Counted from the first letter of the stretch, positions 12,605-25,887 are shown. The stretch: DNA of 64,000 nt from Chrysomallon squamiferum (GCA_012295275.1 CM022670.1:34038001-34102000), one strand, 5' to 3'. Notes: generated from the sequence alone by a model not told the origin. Made by a program: numbers and translations.

Positions 12605-12663
12605 ATACATATAATAAATAATGAAGTTCTGAATACTTTCGATTTAAACCTTAACTAAATGTT

Positions 12664-12667
<4 letters not shown>

Positions 12668-12758
<91 letters not shown>
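12668..12758. repeat. (GA)n microsatellite at the inferred deletion junction
   Basis: Seen directly. Other long (GA/CT)n tracts at 23373-23476, 26959-27043, 28343-28542, 29218-29296, 38165-38239, 40452-40561, 43929-44004, 55211-55291, 57958-58029 and 58781-58858. Confidence 0.95.
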
Positions 12759-12761
<3 letters not shown>

Positions 12762-12980
12762 TACAAAGACAAATATTTTAATTTTTAATATAAGTATATA
12801 CTTAATATATCATTTTACCTGTACAGTAGGTAATGGATTTTTCTTAGTTGTTTAAGCTTAATGCTTTATGTTTAACTACAAAGGAAATGTGATAACATTA
12901 TCCATTTGACAGTTTAATTAGGAAACAAAACAAATTTATATTTTTACAAATACACCATCAGATCTTTTAATTTAGTTATA

Positions 12981-13526
12981 CAGTGGAACCTCGTGTTACG
13001 AACGCCTCGAAGTACGAATAAATCGGATTACGAACCGTGATCTTGGGCAATTTTTGTCTCGGTTTACGAATAATGTCCCTAGTTACGAACTACAGCGACA
13101 CGCCACGACAAGCTTTCTTTTGACGTCGGTTTTGACGTCAGCATCTAGTAAAGATAAGAATAGATACTTACGTCAAAGCCGAGGTCAAAGTAAGGATTAT
13201 AGGCATGAATATCTCATGAATTAGGGTTTTTAGTTTTCAGTACGCAGTTGCAGCTCAATAGCTTTTGTATTGAGATTGTGCGATTCCATTTTTTAAAGTG
13301 TTGCTGCTTTTATGTGTATATTTTTTATTTTACCCTACCCAATATGGCACCAAAGAAACCAAAAAGTGAAAGCGATAGTGCTGGTGGAAAGTATAAAAGT
13401 ATCACAGTACAGGTTAAGAAAAAAAATAATTGCAAAACATGAGAGTGGCGTTCGTGTGTCTGACATCGCTTCGGTTTACGAACCGAGTTCTGGGACGAAT
13501 TAATTTCGTAACCGGAAGTTCCACTG
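12981..13526 (+). mobile_element. Non-autonomous Tigger/pogo element (546 bp), same family as 11224-12332, opposite orientation
   Basis: TA|CAGTGGAACCTCGTGTTACGAA ... TTCGTAACCGGAAGTTCCACTG|TA. Transposase start MAPKKPKSESDSAGGKYKSIT../KKIIAKHESGVRVSDIAS from 13344. Confidence 0.9.
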
Positions 13527-14109
13527 TATATAATGTAAAATGTCAACTATACTAAACGCATGACACATATGTTCTATGTAAATAGGTTATTGAAAGGGTA
13601 TCTTCTATGATGGAAACAACACCTTCGAGGATATACAAGGACATTATCATACGGTAATCATTCAATCGTGACGGACTGCAACAACAATCAATGATGTATG
13701 TCTTCTCTTGCTGTTGACTATCTAACAGAACCGGCTCTCACTACAAATATATATCAACATCTGAGATTATTGCTCTGACGATTTCTCAAGTCCTTTTGTT
13801 TGGAAGAAATTAACATGATTATTAATGACGGAAAAGAACAATCAATTATGTATTATTAATAAAAGAACGTGATTTTATTTTACGCTTAATCTGAAAACAA
13901 GTCCAACCATATTTTTCGAATCGGAAAAGCAAAACGTCTATGTAAATATTTCCTGGGTGTTTTTGTTGGTGTTTGGTTCTGTAGATCCGTAAAGAAATGC
14001 ATTTGCGTGAAATAAAAATAGAATCGTGATTTTTAGTCAGGCTAAACAAAATACTACTACTACTACTACTACTAATAATAAAAAAAAAAAAAAAAACAAA
14101 ACAATAATA

Positions 14110-14167
<58 letters not shown>

Positions 14168-15105
14168 TAACAACAACATCAACAACAACAACAACAATTA
14201 TAATTATAATAATAATAATAATAATGCTAATGCTAATAATAATAATACTATTGCAAATTTGAAACACTGAATCAGTGATGCTAATAACCCCACCCTATTT
14301 GTGTATTTGTTTTTGTTTGTTTATGTTGGTGTGCGGATGTGAGCGTGTTTGTGCGTGTGTGTGTGTTAAATAAAAATTCAATAAATTTAAAAATAAAAAA
14401 TATAAATATCGGTTGGATAAATAAAATAGAATGTCATTATTTAAACAAATGCCGGTTCCATTGTTTGTATATTTAGAAAACACACACTAGGTTTGTATTT
14501 TAATATTAGTAGTAATTATTCAACCTAACATTAAATCCTGACATACAAATCTTGCACCTTTATATAAACATTTATACACAAATTAACAAATATTTATCCA
14601 GCATAGAAATTTTATTAAAACTGCATTTAATTAGTTTTTAAATAATTATTTTTATTTAATGTATTTTCAGTATGTTTGCTTAACGAACAGTCCATGGAAT
14701 TTTGTAGCAAAGGTTCATCTGATAAAGGTGGCTGAATCAAAGTTTTCATTTAAGTGTTTTAGCGTCTAAAAATCTCCTAGATTTTCTAGTCATTCATTCA
14801 ATAAGTAATTCATACATGATGTGCTAACCGTTATTTATAAGATTAGGTAACAAGGACTGATTTATTGACAAAGTTCTGCTGGAAACAATGCACTGATCAA
14901 TGATTTATCTGGAGTAAAGTACAGTACTTTAATATTAATGGAGAATTACACAGTTTAAGCAAAAAAAATTCTCGGAACGATAATGATATTTTTCTCAATA
15001 TAACTGTTTAGGGACAATTAAAATTAATATTCTTTTAAAATTTCAAAATGCTAAAAGCAGATAAATATTAATTGCTAAAACAATGTTAAACTGAAGGCTT
15101 TTTAA

Positions 15106-15159
<54 letters not shown>

Positions 15160-15341
15160 TAATTTATTTTATTATTATCATCATCATCTCATCATCATCA
15201 TAATCAGCAATATTATTATTATTATTATTATTATACGAGATAAAATCGTGTGATGTTCCTTATTTATGTTACGAAATCTTCAGGGTTCCCTGCCTATTTC
15301 TGAGACTTCGATCTCAGGATAATTCACACTTGGATCAACGA

Positions 15342-15796
15342 CAGAGGGCGCTTAACACTTAGACCTATGAAAGAGGGCGCACAAGACGTTGATCTATGAA
15401 AGAGGGCGCTCAAGACATAGATCTGTGAAAGAGGGCGCTTAACACGTAGACCTATGAAAGAGGGCGCTCAACACGTAGACCTATGAAAGAGGGCGCTTAA
15501 CACGTAGACCTATGAAAGAGGGCGCACAAGACGTTGATCTATGAAAGAGGGCGCTCAACACGTAGACCTATGAAAGAGGGCGCTTAACACGTAGACCTAT
15601 GAAAGAGGGCGCTTAACACGTAGACCTATGAAAGAGGGCGCTCAACACGTAGATCTATGAAAGAGGGCGCACAAGACGTTGATCTATGAAAGAGGGCGCT
15701 CAACACGTAGACCTATGACAGAGGGCGCTTAACACGTAGACCTATGAAAGAGGGCGCTCAACACGTAGACCTATGAAAGAGGGCGCTCAAGACGTT
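15342..15796. repeat. Paralogous 29-bp minisatellite, ~15.7 units
   Basis: Cores every 29 bp from 15344 to 15779, with the same flanks as the 4466 array. Confidence 0.95.
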
Positions 15797-16852
15797 TCCA
15801 TTTAACTTTTGTTACTGATGTTCCTGCCCCTTTATAATTAAACTCATTTCATCTTGTAAGCTATGACCAAATTAATAATGGTACTCTGCCATTTCTAAAA
15901 TCCAGATTCCGCTTTCTGTAATATTTATTATTCCGATGAATACATAGTTAATATAGGCCAATTTTGATGGCTGTTGAACAAAATCCTATTATTACGGTAA
16001 TTATTCGATTGAGTTACGTACTTTTCGTGTAAATCGAGAATATAAATGCATTTGAAACCAACAACCTTTAATTTTATTATTATTATTATTTTTATTTTTT
16101 TTCAGTTTTCAGTGACATGACTTCCGCATTGGCATGAAAAACAAAACTCTATCGATCTGTAAAGCTAATAACGATTTTAATAAGTGAATGAATGAATGAT
16201 ACATCCACAGAGTTCAGTATCAACATTATCACACTATTTTTGAAATGAGAGATGAAACCCGCACCAGAACTCTTTAGCAATTTACAGCAAAGGATTTGTT
16301 AACAATAAGAAACCTCATTGACAGGAAAGCAAGAATCACGGCCTTTGATAAACTAGCTTTGTAAAAGCCAAAATTAAACACCTTTGGAATCTTATCATCA
16401 TTTGTAAATCTAAAATAAAAATGAGGGTATTGTAGCAATAATAAAAATTAATTAATTAATTAATTAAAATAAAAACGACTGCAATAAGGTGAGGTAGATA
16501 TCAATACTTTGGTAAAGGCTTATTCACAACAGTAAATTCATTTGCGCTATTCCAGGGAGATAACTTTTTCGTTCTTCCAGTATCATGTTATACAGAAGTA
16601 ATCTCCGAAACAAAAAACACATTCCCGTCCTCCTCCAAAAAACCCCAAAACAAAAACAAATGAACAACAACACTAATAATAATAATAAACATACACAAAA
16701 AAAACAACAACAACAACTAAAAGACAACAATGTTAATTTATTTTATTTAGTAATAAGAAATGTGGATGTGTGTAGATCTCAAATAAACTTTAGTTGTAAT
16801 TTATATAACACTGTTAGTGTTAGGCAAAAGCTGACTGCTACTGCTGCTGACA

Positions 16853-16883
<31 letters not shown>

Positions 16884-16885
16884 TG

Positions 16886-16933
<48 letters not shown>

Positions 16934-19274
16934 GTAATAATAATAATGACAATAATAATAAATGATGCAGAACTATATAATTATCACAGTCAGTTTTGAT
17001 ACAAAATATAATACATCATACACAAAGAATATATTTTACAGGCTTAATTTGAAAAATACAAATAACATTACATATCAAAATTAAATTCTATTCACAGGTA
17101 AATGAACACATACACGTATTACTGTTGTATATACAAATAATGGTGTGTTTTTTTTAGACACAATTTTTGTGAGAAATATATAAGACAGGTAATGTGTGTA
17201 AAAATTAGTAATATAATTTATAAAACAATTGGATGAGTTAAAAAAAATTAATAGAAGAATAAAACAACATGATATTAAAAGATATTTTGAAAATATATAC
17301 CAGTTAAAAGATAAGATTTAGAAAAAAAAAAGATAAAATATTATAACTCTGCCTATTTTGTTTGTTTCAGAAATGTATCATTGGAAAGAAAAGAAAAGTT
17401 TTCTTCTGGTTAGTACATAATTATGTACATTGTTCATTGTAAAATTTTTTTTAAATCATATGATAAAAAGTTTAAAGTAAGAAGAATTATGTTTATTCCA
17501 CCAAGTAAGATATTAGACTGTGGGTCAAACATGTACATGTTAAATTTCTTTTTAGCAATACTGACAATAAAAACATTACTGGAGTGGGGCTGTATTAAGT
17601 AAAGTGATTAAATCTTCAAAGATGTTTTCTTCTTTGACCCAAGGAAAGAAAACAGGAATGAATTCTGATGTGAAACTCTGATAATTAACTTAGGCAAGGA
17701 GATACATATCACCAATGCAGAGAAAATGTAATAACTTAAAACAATTGACACTTAAGACACACGTAAATACACCTGTCACTATGACAAGACTTTGCAAATC
17801 TCTGATCTTCTATGTCAGAGAAAAAAAAAATTTTTTATCTGATGTGGTTAACTGATGACACTTTGAAGTCAGGTGATTGACAAAGATTATGTAACTGAGA
17901 CTATGAAATGATAAATGATATTTAAAAAGTTTTGAGTTCAGTATATAGAAGGTAACACAACCTGATGAAGGCAACAATCAGCTTAGCGTTTCCAACAAAC
18001 ATTAGCTTATAAAGAAATATTGATCCATGCATAAATGAATGAAAATTAAGAAATTATATTTCTGACAGACATACATATTTGGATTCTGTTTCATTTACCA
18101 AAATGTTTTTTTTTTTAATTGAAATAGGTTTTTAATATATATATATAAAAAAAAACTTTTGATGAAAATGTTCATAATAACTTATTATAATTTGTAATGA
18201 AAATTTAAGGTGCAAAAGTATGAAAATTTGTTATGTTCTGTTTTCACTAGCTGAGATGAAAACTGAAAAAAAAGTACAAACATTTCAACATTTTCATGTG
18301 GCACTTTCAAATTTAGATTTACCTGAAATACATTTTATATTTAAGTATTCAAGCTGATTACTGGCTCTCAGAAACAACACTAGTACATTTCAATGTTAAC
18401 TGGAAGTCACTACAGGACTACTAAATGCCTGGCATTAACAATGATAAAATAATACATTCTCTCTCATGGGATTTGATCCCCAAAACCCTGAAATCTCACT
18501 GGAAAGGCAGATTTCTAATCTTCTATGTCAGAATAAAAGAAACAAATATTTTTTTTGTGTGATGTCATTAGCTGATGTCACATGGAAGTCATGTGATTGA
18601 CTAAAATCTGATAGTGATAACATTAAATGATAAATATTAATTAAAGACTGTATTAATAACTGATTTGTGACAGGCAGATTATCTAATTTTATGTGTGTCA
18701 GAGTTAAAAGATTTCAGTTTTACTCTTAAAGGAAGAGTAAATATCTGACTTTATGTGTCAGAGTGAAAAACTTTGATATGTGTGATGTCATCAGTTGAGA
18801 TCACATGGAAGTCATGTGACACACAAAAATTATGCAGTCTACCTGATAACATGAAATGATAAATAATAGATAATTAAAATTTTAACGATGAGAAACATGA
18901 GACAGATTGTCACTGATTTGATCCACAAACTCTGAAATATCACATCCACAGGGAGTCATATGATTCACAAAAATTACAAAACTACATGAAATGATCATTA
19001 AAAGCTTATAGTTCATCACTGATAAGGAATGTGATATAAGACTACTGCGGTAAAGGAAAATGAAAGAGCAATTAACTACGTCTCACTGACTTCACTCTTA
19101 TTTCAATTAACTTATTGTCTCCACCTTCTATGTTTGCTGGAAGGCTGTGCAGTCTTTGCAGTTTTCTGTTTTTCAAATTGTCATTTGATTCTGTTGATGT
19201 TCTTCTCACTAAATTTCCACTTGTAAAAACTTCATTAAAACTAACAGGACTCTGCTGTCTCTGTTTTTCTGGTT

Positions 19275-19937
19275 CTAAAAATAAATCCGTTTCACTGTGG
19301 GTTTTTCTGCAACGTTTACATTTTCGCTCTGTTTATTAAGTTCCAACTCAGACGTCCATGCTTCTTTTTTGGCTCTGCTTTCAGAAGATTCGTGAATCTC
19401 TTGTTTTTCAGACGCTTGCTTTTCTTCTTCATGTGTTTCACAACCCACAGAACAATTATTTTTCATTTTGACCGTGTATTTATGTGATGCTTCATTTTCT
19501 ATTTTAAATTCTGATGGCAACTTTTCGGGTTTCTCTGTGCACCTTTCTTCCAGTTTGGATGAGCACTCTACACATTGCTGCTGCATCTCTGGTTTAGCTC
19601 TGCACATTTCTGCAGTGAATATATTTTCCTTTGGTGGCTCTTGGTGTTTGTCCTCCTTGGTTGGGCTGTTCTGTTGATGACGTATTGACTGCATGTACAA
19701 CGTACTGGCATTATTTCCGTACGTTGTTTTTTGTTCAGAATTGGAAAAAGAACGCACAGGAGTTTTTTGTTCAGAAATGTATAGTTTGATATTTTTGAGA
19801 ATTTTTGAGAACATAGCTTTCCGTAAGAATATATACAACCAAGGGTCGAGAATCTGATTAATGGAAGCCAGACGGACTGCTATCAAGTCCTTTCGTACGT
19901 CTTTCTGTCCTGTTATCTGAATGATCAAGATGTTGAT
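19275..19937 (-). CDS. PTGER4: EP4-like prostanoid receptor, copy B, coding exon 2 (TM7 and C-tail; total protein 506 aa)
   Basis: Acceptor tttcag|ATC at 19938/19937. DLIAVRLASINQILDPWLYIFLRK motif. Stop TAG at 19275-19277. Confidence 0.92.
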   Translation of the reverse strand: MNILIIQITGQKDVRKDLIAVRLASINQILDPWLYIFLRKAMFSKILKNIKLYISEQKTPVRSFSNSEQKTTYGNNASTLYMQSIRHQQNSPTKEDKHQEPPKENIFTAEMCRAKPEMQQQCVECSSKLEERCTEKPEKLPSEFKIENEASHKYTVKMKNNCSVGCETHEEEKQASEKQEIHESSESRAKKEAWTSELELNKQSENVNVAEKPTVKRIYF

Positions 19938-20395
19938 CTGAAAGTATATATATATATATATATAAATAAATACAAAAGTGTATTTATTATTACAGTGAAA
20001 GTGCTTTTATTTTGTCAAGAACTGATTCAATTGTATATCAAAAGTAATGTCAGCTAACAATTTTTATCCTTCCTGCAAGTGAAATATTTTATAAGGATGA
20101 TCAATTTTAAAATGTCACGTTAAAATATGTTATAAATATAAACTCGTCAGACATTAGTGAATAGTTCTACGGAACGCCGCCTAAGAGGATCTAGCGTTTA
20201 TTTTCATTGAAACTTATTTGCCACTAAACTCACTTAAATTTGAACACTGATATTCAGATATGAATGAATTTTCTTGCGTGTTTAATAAATTAATTAAATA
20301 GATTACAGGTGTTACAGGTGTTAAAGATGGGTGGTACGTGTTATGTTCGCAATTTGTTATTTAATGTGGGTGTGTGGGCGCGTGATGTAACTTAC
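19938..20395 (-). other. Intron of copy B (458 nt, GT-AG, phase 0)
   Basis: Same splice sites as copy A. Only the ends are homologous to the copy A intron. Confidence 0.9.
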
Positions 20396-21253
20396 GTTAA
20401 TTGGCATCCAGAGAGTACAAAAGACGATGGTAACAGCTCCAAGAAACCAGATCATCTCGGTTTCCATTTCTAGTTTGAGCACCGTGTGTTTGTAGCGAGT
20501 TCTGGGCTCTGCTGAAGGAATATTGTTCTGTTTCCTCAACCGTCGCATCTTCAACAAAGTACACACAACAAAACAATTGCAGACAAAAATAAATACTAAG
20601 ACAGCAATGTTAAAAATAGAGAAAATGTAGGCGTAAATCACATCCATTGTACTTTCTCTGTGGAAATTCAGAAAACACCAAGAGTTAGGAAACTGAAGTT
20701 CAAAACTTCCAAATCCCATAATGGGGCAAAGGCAGAAAAATCCTGTAAGCATCCAACACACGACGATGCTATACTGCGCCTTCCGGCGAGTAATAGTCCT
20801 CGCGTAGAAATACGAAAACTTTAAAGCGATGAACCTTTCCAGAGACATTATTCCGACGATGAGTGGATGAAGAATGCCGAAGAGCACCATCACAAAACCG
20901 TGATAAATGCAGGATGCCTCGCCTCCTTGCCAAGACATGTTGTTGGCATAGGTGACGATAGCTACGGGTCCTGTGCACAGCTGTCCTATGAGGTCTGTCC
21001 AGGCAAGACCCGCAAGCAAGGTGAACACGACAGTTTTACGAACGTCTTTCTTCGACGTGTACAGCACCACCAAAGCCAGGATGTTTCCCAGGACTCCGAC
21101 AGAAAGCATGACGATAGGCGTGGACAGATTAATGGCAAGGCCATTGGTATCACATATGCTGGAGTTTTGGTCCTCTAACTCACTACAAATATCATCGACA
21201 TCTAGCTTCACTCTCATCGTGTCGCTGTCATTGGACAAGTTGTTGTACGCCAT
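20396..21253 (-). CDS. PTGER4: Prostaglandin E2 receptor EP4-like class A GPCR, copy B, coding exon 1 (TM1-TM6, 286 codons)
   Basis: Colinear paralog of 9232-10089 (about 72 of 286 aa differ by hand count). ERF and FELQFPNSWCF motifs. Donor AAC|GTAAGT at 20396/20395. Confidence 0.93.
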
Positions 21254-21314
21254 GTTGGTTGCAGTCTGGGTGATTAGGTGGGAATTCTACAAACAGCACC
21301 TGGTAATTAAAAAC
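21254..21314 (-). promoter_or_regulatory. Putative 5'-UTR splice acceptor 46 nt upstream of the ATG (copy B)
   Basis: Minus strand ttttaattaccag|GTGCTG at 21300/21299. Confidence 0.6.
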
Positions 21315-23364
21315 ATAAAAATGTATAATTATAATGTAAAGTTCATCTAAGAAAATAATTATATGAAGCAGTAGCATCAGTAGACGAAGACTGTGGTAGG
21401 ATGATAATGATGATACCAAGAAGAATGTTGAACGTGAACGGACATTTTTATATCTCACATACACACACACACACACATACACACGCATACATACACACAT
21501 GTATTAGTATTTCAAAAAGAAGGATTAATATTAATTTCACTAAAATTAATGTTGTTAAGCGTTTTATGTCATATGTAAATTTTGCCCAAATTATTTGTAA
21601 TTCATTCAGATTAATCTCAAAGAACACATTGAAACAGTAATTAGTTGTTTCCTTTTTTTTTTGAAAAAAAAACGGACTAATTTTTTTTTCGACATTTTCA
21701 GTGAAGCAGATCTAATGATAATTATACCAGTGATACTTAAATGAATTGTACGATTACAGTAAAGAAAAGAATGCAGTACAGATATATAACGAATTAAAAT
21801 TAAAAAGAGCAAAGTTTATCGTGGATTTATAAAACTGAAATGATCAAATAATCGTTATATCATGGCAGCTGAATTAATTGGAAGCCAAACACACAAAATC
21901 CATTTGTTTAACGATGCGTTTGTTAATATTTATGAATCCGGTTCAGAAATAAAAGAAAAGCTGTTACAATAGACAGACAGTAATCCATTATGGACAGACA
22001 AACAATATCTGTTATGCATAGAATATGTTATATTGCGTCTAAGTCTACTATAATAAAAATGCAATAGAAAACTATACAAGTCACGCGTCAAATCTGTTAT
22101 GAAGGATCTAATAGTAATATAAAAATTGTTGGAATATTTCTTGTTCTAGCGTTATACAGCTATTCCCATCGACTTGCGGTAACAGTTGAAAACCACAAAC
22201 CACAACGAGAAATGTAAAATAATTTAGGAGATGTTTTGTGATCACAGTTCTGTTCATAATTCAATTGAAAAACAGAACTGATTAAAATGATTGTCATCAG
22301 TGGCTTTGATTGGCAAAAATTATACATTATCAAAAGTGACCGGCTATATAGAAACAGTACAACGTTAGTATGAAAATATTTCTGATATACTCATTTAATC
22401 ATAGACCTTTATACATACATACACACATACATACATATATATAAAGATACATACATACACACATACATACATACATATATACATACATACATGTTACATA
22501 TATATATAAGTACATGCTTACATACATACAAAGCATATATATATATATATATATACATATATAAGTACATACGTTCATGCATACATACATACATACATAC
22601 AAAAACATATCCTGTATACGTACACGTACAGCTACATATATGCACACCTATCTACCTACCTACGTACGCCAATAATACATACACCTACTGTACTAATCCA
22701 TTCATTCTCCGTACATGCTTTTATACACGAAGATATAAGTAACAAGGCAGTTTATTACGCAATCCTTTCTGGAATACCCATTAAAATAACAAGATAAGCA
22801 GGCACGTTAACAAAACGACAGTGTACATGTTGAAGATATTACGATAAAAATGCGGATGTAAAGACTGCACGCGAAACCCTGTATTAATCATAAATGGACT
22901 TTTAGTCTACACGTAACATAATTATAGAGACACCGTTATAAAATTATTTAAAATAAAATAAAATAAGTAAATGAAAAAGAACAGCAACAAACAAACAAAA
23001 AACAAGACAAAAAGAAAACACACGAAACAACAGCAATATTTTTATGCCGGATCTCGAACGTAGTTGAAAAGTCTTGTTTGGACACGAAAGTGCACCTGAG
23101 CAGGAAGAAAACTATACACAAATTTATGAAGGATGTGCTATTATAAAACAAACGACGTGTTACACAGAAATGAAGATTGTTTTTTTTTTTTTTTGTTTTT
23201 TTATGGACTATTTGTGTCCGGGAGAAAAAAAATCAAACACAAAAACCCCCAAATACAAGCAGCAACATTAAATTAATAAATAATGATAATAAAGCACACC
23301 TCTAAAAACAAAATTAAAGAAAACCGAAATCTCTATGAAAGGATAGGGAGAGTAGGTTAAGAAT

Positions 23365-23479
<115 letters not shown>

Positions 23480-23824
23480 CGTTTTACGTTTTGATAAATC
23501 TGTTAAATCTACAAAACAGATGGCGCATTCAGTTTATATTTGTAAACTATTAAGAAAATAAATAGACGTGCTTCAAACTGATGTTAAAGGTTGTGTCTGC
23601 AACTGACGATGAACGATTCAGCCCAGAGCAATTTTCATTACACTTCCAGGCCAATTAGGTCCGCTGATTTGCTCAACACTGAGTTAGACAAATGGGTTGT
23701 ATCCTGAAAACCGGGAAAAGAACAAAAAAAATCTTCACTGATTACGACAAACAGATCTAATGAATGCAAGTCCTTGTAACAGCACTCAAGAGCAACAGAA
23801 GATTTTAACCAAGAAACAAAACCG

Positions 23825-23866
23825 TTATAATGTGTTCATTACCGCGACGAGAGTGCTTTTATAGCG
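23825..23866 (-). promoter_or_regulatory. Candidate TATA box and Inr core promoter upstream of receptor copy B
   Basis: Minus strand GCTATAAAAGCAC (TATAAAA at 23863-23857) in a locally GC/CpG-richer patch, with an Inr-like ACATT about 32 nt downstream (~23831). Confidence 0.4.
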
Positions 23867-25030
23867 GAACAAGCACGCACTAAACAGAGAAACTGCCTCG
23901 GTTGTATCCTAAGTGAAGTCAGTTAACAAATTTTATTGTATTTCGCAAAAGAAATATTTTTATTAGCAGCCATCGAATGCATGTCAAAGAAATGATGTAT
24001 TATGCGCTATCTAATTCTGATAAAAATGTGAAATCTCGAAGCAGCTGCTGCTGCAGATGATAATGAAAACTTTGCAGGATAAAGGCGCATTAAGACAGGA
24101 TAACTTTCTGAGCAACCTGAATATTGAATATGGCTCCAGTAAGCTTAGACCCTAATCCAGATGTATTATCTTCTAAACAACCAATACAAAGAGTCTAGAT
24201 ATGCCTATTTATATTTAGGGTATATATATATATATATAACAATATACTTCTACAAAAATACAATAACAATAGCAAATCCAATAACAACACAACAACCACT
24301 ACAACCACTACTACTGCTGCTACTACAATTAGAACAGCTAGTTCTAGTAATACTACTACTGTTATTAATACTGCTACTATCTTTCCGCTAAATCACTCTC
24401 TTTTACATTACCATTTATAATTGAGGAACCACATGTATAATGTATGTGTATCTTTATCTATAATATCTACATGCCTAAATCTTACAGAGCGCTGGTTTTT
24501 CCGAGCAATTACCACAAGGGAATTATTAACAAAAATATTTAACATGTGCGACAGTCCAGACAAGAACCTGCATTGCAATTAATCACTTATAACGGTTTAA
24601 ACGAAAATGTTTCGATGTTCTGCTCAGTCCAAGTCTATCTGTCACCTTCTGTGAAAACGAAATTGGGTTGTTAGTTCCTAAAATGGTATTAACAGCTGTC
24701 ATCAAAGTACGAAGTGGAAGGTGTCAACATGCTGGCGGCAACAGTTGTATTAATTGATAAACACGTATCTGCTTTATAGACGAAAACAAATCTGTAAACA
24801 GGATTAAAAAGATAGCAGGTTTTATTTATATTGTTAAACTGAGCTCAACACAACATACTGATATTTAATTTTTATATTAAGTATATTTAAAGTGCACACT
24901 GATGCCTAAATACGTCATTGGTTAATTTTTTATAGCTACAGTTCTTTGCTAATAATGAAGTATAATATTAAAAATAACAAGTATGGCGGCTGACATTTTA
25001 TCTATTTATCATACTTTGTTTACAGGAAAA

Positions 25031-25069
<39 letters not shown>

Positions 25070-25489
25070 ATCTCTCATACACTGAGAATGCTGCAATTTT
25101 ATCATAATTTACTCCGTCTGAAATTTTAAATATTGTCAATGAGATCACGAATAAAAAGGAAAACAAACTGAAAACTTTCTCGCATTTTATTACCAAAGAC
25201 ATACTTTTTTTAGTAATAAATATTGGTCGCCAGAAACAAATACGACGGTAACATCCAAGAACATAACGCGGTAGTAGCTCGTTTGTAAACAAAGCACACT
25301 TTTCAAAAACAACGTTTGCCAGTGAATGACTTCTGTGCATCTTTCAACATGGTAATTTACAGTTAGTTTTATTCTGATTATCGTCTGACAGTTCTAAGGC
25401 AATAAAGGTTTAGGTTACAAGTGCTTTGCTAAATATAGAAAATTTCCAGAAGTAGAACATTTCTCGTGATAAAGAAGAAGTTGAAAAAA

Positions 25490-25520
<31 letters not shown>

Positions 25521-25887
25521 TCAGAGAATAAGAGCTTTGTGGGGTTTTTTGTTTGTTTTTTTAAAATCCTTTGGAAACACTAGAAGAGTGAAGAAAAAAA
25601 TGAAATCTAATTATAGAAAAAGAAAAAGAAGAAATATAATGATGCACCACTCTCCACATAAGTAAATAATAACAATAAAACAAAAAAAACATATCTACAT
25701 TTTTAAGTATTTGTTAGTATTTAGTCATTATCATTATTATATTTTAGTTTATTTTCCAACAAAAGAAAAACAAAAATAAGAACATCGTCATTATCAGCAT
25801 TATCGTAAGCAACAGGAACACAATAACAATAACAACAATAACAATAATAACTGTAATAATAATAATAACTATAATAATAATAATAAC

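Larger units (their letters stand above)
3020..12980. repeat. Tandem segmental duplication unit A
   Basis: Colinear homology with 13640-23480 (3023~13640, 4466~15342, 6101~17017, both genes, 10870-11170~22650-22940, 12416~23285). 12760-12980 matches 38240-38480. Confidence 0.9.

Noticed and set aside
15342-15796. 29-bp repeat arrays as CRISPR
   Set aside because: Head-to-tail units with no unique spacers, no cas genes, and a eukaryotic context.
20769-21350. Overlapping and antisense ORFs within receptor exons (also 7799-8089, 9605-9989, 19115-19677)
   Set aside because: Shadow frames of the real CDS with no recognisable products.
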